A stretch of 64,000 bases of DNA from Polyangiaceae bacterium (GTDB lineage Bacteria; Myxococcota_A; Polyangia; Polyangiales; Polyangiaceae). Below the pieces are notes generated by a model. The model was given only the letters and a program-made list of their open reading frames with translations. It was not told the DNA's origin and ran no database searches. The position numbers were made by a program, and so were the translations under genes. Shown here piece after piece: positions 61,108 through 64,000 of this stretch. The first letter of the stretch is position 1, and the number at the start of each line of letters is the position of its first letter. The stretch is from positions 64,001 to 128,000 of the forward strand of contig JAPSGB010000007.1 in assembly GCA_035063585.1 (NCBI GenBank). The letters run 5' to 3'.

Positions 61108-63081
61108 TCACTCACCGACGCCGAGGCCCGGCCACGCCTCGAGCAGGGCGCGGCCCTCCGCGGCGCGAAGCTGGGCCGCCTCGCGGAGCGGTGCGTCGAG
61201 CGGCCCGTACTTCGCGAAGCGCCCGAGCGCGGGTTCGAGCTCCTCGGGCGGCGCCCAGCGGACGAAATACTCGAGGAGCGCGGCGCGCTCCTCAGCCGGC
61301 AGCTCGGCGCGAGCGAGGAGCGACTCGGCGAGCGCCAGCGCGTCGAGCCGGCGGCCCGCGAGCTCTGCCAGTCGGAAACGGGCGAGGGCCCGCACGGCGG
61401 GGTCGGACGCCCTGAGCTCGGGAGAGCGCGCGAACCGGCGGACGCGCTCGAGGAGCTGCCCGAGCTCGGCGGCAGCCGCGAGCCCGGGCCTTCGACGCTC
61501 CGCCTCAGCGAGGAGCTCGCCTGCGGCGTCGAGGTCGAGCGCATTGAGCGAGAGCTGCGCGGCGCCGACGCAGTCCCAGGCCGAGCTCCGGTCTTCTTCG
61601 CAGAGCTTCCGCAACACGGGCAGCGCTGCTTCGTAGCGTCCGAGCTGCGCCAGCGCGCGCGCGGCGTTGCTGAGGAAGATGGTCGACCGACCGTTCGCCC
61701 GCCGAGCGGCGCTCTGGTAGCTGGCGAGCGCCTGCGGGTAGAGGCCCGCACGAAAATAGAGGTTCCCGAGCTCGTTCGCCGGTAGGCCGTTGCTCTTGGG
61801 CGTCGCGCGGTACGCCTTGCCCCAGAGCCGCAGCTCGCTCGACCAGTCGTTCAGCCGCTCGGCCGTCCCGGCGCCGAGCGCGACGACGACCACGGCGCCC
61901 GCGAGGAGCGTCGGCCCGGCGCGGCGCCGAGCTGCGCGCTCGACTGCCGGCGCGATCATCAGGGTGAGCGCCGCGAGCGGCAGGTAGAGAAACCGATCCG
62001 CGGCGACGATATTGACCGAAATGGGGATGACGTGCGCGACGAGGATGATGCCAGTGAGCCCCGCGACACCGGAGACTCGCGTGAGGAGGCGCCGCTCGCC
62101 AGCGACCGCGCCGCCCCGCCGGTGAGCCACGAGCGCGCCAGCGAGCAGGGCGAGTAGCGCCAGCGCTCCGAGCGTGACGAAGCGCTGGTCCGGAGCTCCG
62201 AGGAGCCCTTGCTGGAGCCGCGGCGGCCACGGCAGCGCGAGATCCCAGGCGCTTCGCCCAAACGCCTCGAGGATAGCGAGCGCGCGCTCCCGAAGCGAGA
62301 GCGGCGCCGACACGGCCGAGGCGCCCCGCATCGCGTAGAATCGGAGCGCAACGTAGGCCACCAGGCCGACCAGCACCGGGCTCTGATGCCCGAGCGCTGC
62401 GCGGCTCGGGCGGAGGCGTCCGTCTTCGCTGCCGAGCTCCCACACCAGGACCGCGATCATCCCGGCCAGCGCGACCTCCTTCGCCAGCAAGCCGAGGAAG
62501 AGGAGCGCGGCCGCTACGCTGCACCGCGCGAGACTCCGCGGCCGAAACACCAAGAGCGCGAGGAGCACGAAGGACGTAGCGAGCACGTCGGTGCGCCCGG
62601 AGATCCAACCGGCCGCCTCCGTGAGCCGAGGATGAAGCGCCCAGCCGAGCGCCAGGAGCGCCGCCGCCAGCGTACCCGCGGTCCACTTGCGAAGGAGCGC
62701 GAAGAGGAGCGCCGCGTTGAGTACGTGGAAGATGACGTTGGTGAGGTGGTACCCGGCCGCGTTCGTCGCGTGGAGCCGGTAGTCGAGCACGAACGAGAGC
62801 GTCGTGAGCGGGCGAAAATAGGCGCGAACACTCTCCGAGGCGGCGTTCGTCCAGAACGGCTCGGTGAAGCACGAGAGGAGCGGCCTCCCCTCGGTGACCG
62901 GCGAGCCCTCGAGGATGAGGTGCCGATCGTCCCATACGAACGGCGCACCGAGCGACCGCGCGTAGACCGCGAGCACGCCGACCACCACGATAGCGAGCGC
63001 CCAGCGACCCCAGCGCGCGTCGAGCGGCTCGGGCTCCGCCGCGACGCTCGACCTCGGAGCTGGCTCGGGAGCGGAGTCCAC
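61108..63081 (-). CDS. TMTC-like (DUF1736-type) GT-C protein with C-terminal TPRs; candidate protein O-glycosyltransferase
   Basis: FVWDD, YFRPLTTLSF, YHLTNVIFH, HPRLTEAAGWISGRTDVL, LAKE, ADRFLYLP, W.S...LW, then TPRs (NELGNLYFRAG). Confidence 0.85.
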   Translation of the reverse strand: MDSAPEPAPRSSVAAEPEPLDARWGRWALAIVVVGVLAVYARSLGAPFVWDDRHLILEGSPVTEGRPLLSCFTEPFWTNAASESVRAYFRPLTTLSFVLDYRLHATNAAGYHLTNVIFHVLNAALLFALLRKWTAGTLAAALLALGWALHPRLTEAAGWISGRTDVLATSFVLLALLVFRPRSLARCSVAAALLFLGLLAKEVALAGMIAVLVWELGSEDGRLRPSRAALGHQSPVLVGLVAYVALRFYAMRGASAVSAPLSLRERALAILEAFGRSAWDLALPWPPRLQQGLLGAPDQRFVTLGALALLALLAGALVAHRRGGAVAGERRLLTRVSGVAGLTGIILVAHVIPISVNIVAADRFLYLPLAALTLMIAPAVERAARRRAGPTLLAGAVVVVALGAGTAERLNDWSSELRLWGKAYRATPKSNGLPANELGNLYFRAGLYPQALASYQSAARRANGRSTIFLSNAARALAQLGRYEAALPVLRKLCEEDRSSAWDCVGAAQLSLNALDLDAAGELLAEAERRRPGLAAAAELGQLLERVRRFARSPELRASDPAVRALARFRLAELAGRRLDALALAESLLARAELPAEERAALLEYFVRWAPPEELEPALGRFAKYGPLDAPLREAAQLRAAEGRALLEAWPGLGVGE

Positions 63082-63171
63082 TACGCTCGCATTATCCTAG
63101 CGGCGCGCTCCTCGGTCCAACGCTTTCGCCTCCCCCCTCGGAGCGCCTCACTCCGGCGCGCTCGCCGCTCG

Positions 63172-63999
63172 TCAACCGCGAACGACCGCGGCCACCACCA
63201 GGTCGAGCGAGTCCCCGGGGATCACGCCGAGCACGATCACCAGTATCGCGGAGATCAAGAGCGCGGCCGCCACGTAGCCGCTCTTCATGGGGACCGCGAG
63301 CGGCGCTCCCGGTTCCGGCTCGCTGAAGTACATGACGACCAACACCTTCAGGTAATAGAAGGCCGCCACGAAGCTGTTGATGACGGCGATGACTACGAGC
63401 AAGGTGAAATCTGCGTCGATGGCCGCTCGGAAGATATAGAACTTGCCGAAGAACCCGGCCGTCGGCGGGACTCCGGCGAGCGACAGAAGGAACAGCGTGA
63501 ACGCGAGCGCGGCCGCAGGGTGACGCCGGCCGATGCCCTTCAGGTCGTCGTAGCTCACCGACTCCGCCCCGCGACGGCCGCAGAGGATGAGCGTCCCGAA
63601 CGCGCCCACCGTGGAGACCGTATAGGTGAGCAGGTAGAAGAGGACCGCGCTCTGCGCCTCCGGGCTCGCCATGGTCGCCGTCACCCCGACCAGCATGTAG
63701 CCGGCGTGCGCGACCGACGAATACGCCAGCATGCGCTTGACCGACTCCTGCCGGACCGCGATGAGGTTCGCGACCGTCATGGTGAGGATGGCCAAGGTGG
63801 CCACGGCCGGCGGCCATCCGCTCCCCCAGCTCTTCAGCCGCGGATCCCCGAAGGCCAGCAGGAGCACGTGCAACAGCGCACCGAACGCGGCGCTCTTGAC
63901 CGCTACCGCCATGTACGTCGTGGTGGGAGTCGGCGCGCCTTCGTAGGCGTCGGGCGTCCACATGTGGAAAGGCACTGCGCTCACCTTGAAGCCAATGCC
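63172..63999 (-). CDS. nuoN: NADH-quinone oxidoreductase subunit N (5' end beyond the window)
   Basis: FKVSAVPFHMWTPDAYEGAP, KRMLAYSSVAHAGY, SLAGVPPTAGFFGK, YYLKV. Confidence 0.95.
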   Translation of the reverse strand, partial: GIGFKVSAVPFHMWTPDAYEGAPTPTTTYMAVAVKSAAFGALLHVLLLAFGDPRLKSWGSGWPPAVATLAILTMTVANLIAVRQESVKRMLAYSSVAHAGYMLVGVTATMASPEAQSAVLFYLLTYTVSTVGAFGTLILCGRRGAESVSYDDLKGIGRRHPAAALAFTLFLLSLAGVPPTAGFFGKFYIFRAAIDADFTLLVVIAVINSFVAAFYYLKVLVVMYFSEPEPGAPLAVPMKSGYVAAALLISAILVIVLGVIPGDSLDLVVAAVVRG

Positions 64000-64000
64000 C

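Overview
64 kb of a very GC-rich bacterial chromosome. Gene content suggests Myxococcota, probably a Sorangiineae/Polyangiaceae-like lineage: Cys-rich lipoproteins, a Ser/Thr kinase plus PEGA protein, AgmX/PglI-type domains and a mevalonate pathway. This taxonomy is inference. I call about 53 CDS and saw no rRNA, tRNA, CRISPR array, integrase or transposase. The left part (1-28 kb) is mostly housekeeping: Mrp/ApbC, an S1-repeat protein, a MacAB-type exporter with two permeases, an ECF sigma factor, rpsT, acs, an M20 deacetylase, trpB/trpA/trpF and a CheY-like/GAF pair. The right part holds fni, a prenyl synthase-mvk-mvaD-pmk-HMGR run, hisC, three DUF4352-like lipoproteins, a TMTC-like GT-C/TPR protein and the 3' part of nuoN. 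The best candidate for an undescribed system is the ~22 kb membrane cluster at 28.5-50.6 kb. It has three paralogous polytopic membrane SAM-fold ('spermidine synthase-like') transferases, five GT-C-like membrane transferases and a geranylgeranyl-reductase-family enzyme. Several are translationally coupled, one lies in an operon with fni, and no GT2 lipid-sugar synthase is visible. Other highlights: a 56-aa basic ORF missed by the ORF track between a strong sigma70 promoter and rpsT; a cNMP-domain fusion to a ThrRS-N/uridine-kinase protein; a structured ~150-200 nt intergenic RNA candidate at 59.2 kb; and a dispersed REP-like repeat. All family assignments come from motif recognition by eye, with no database searches.
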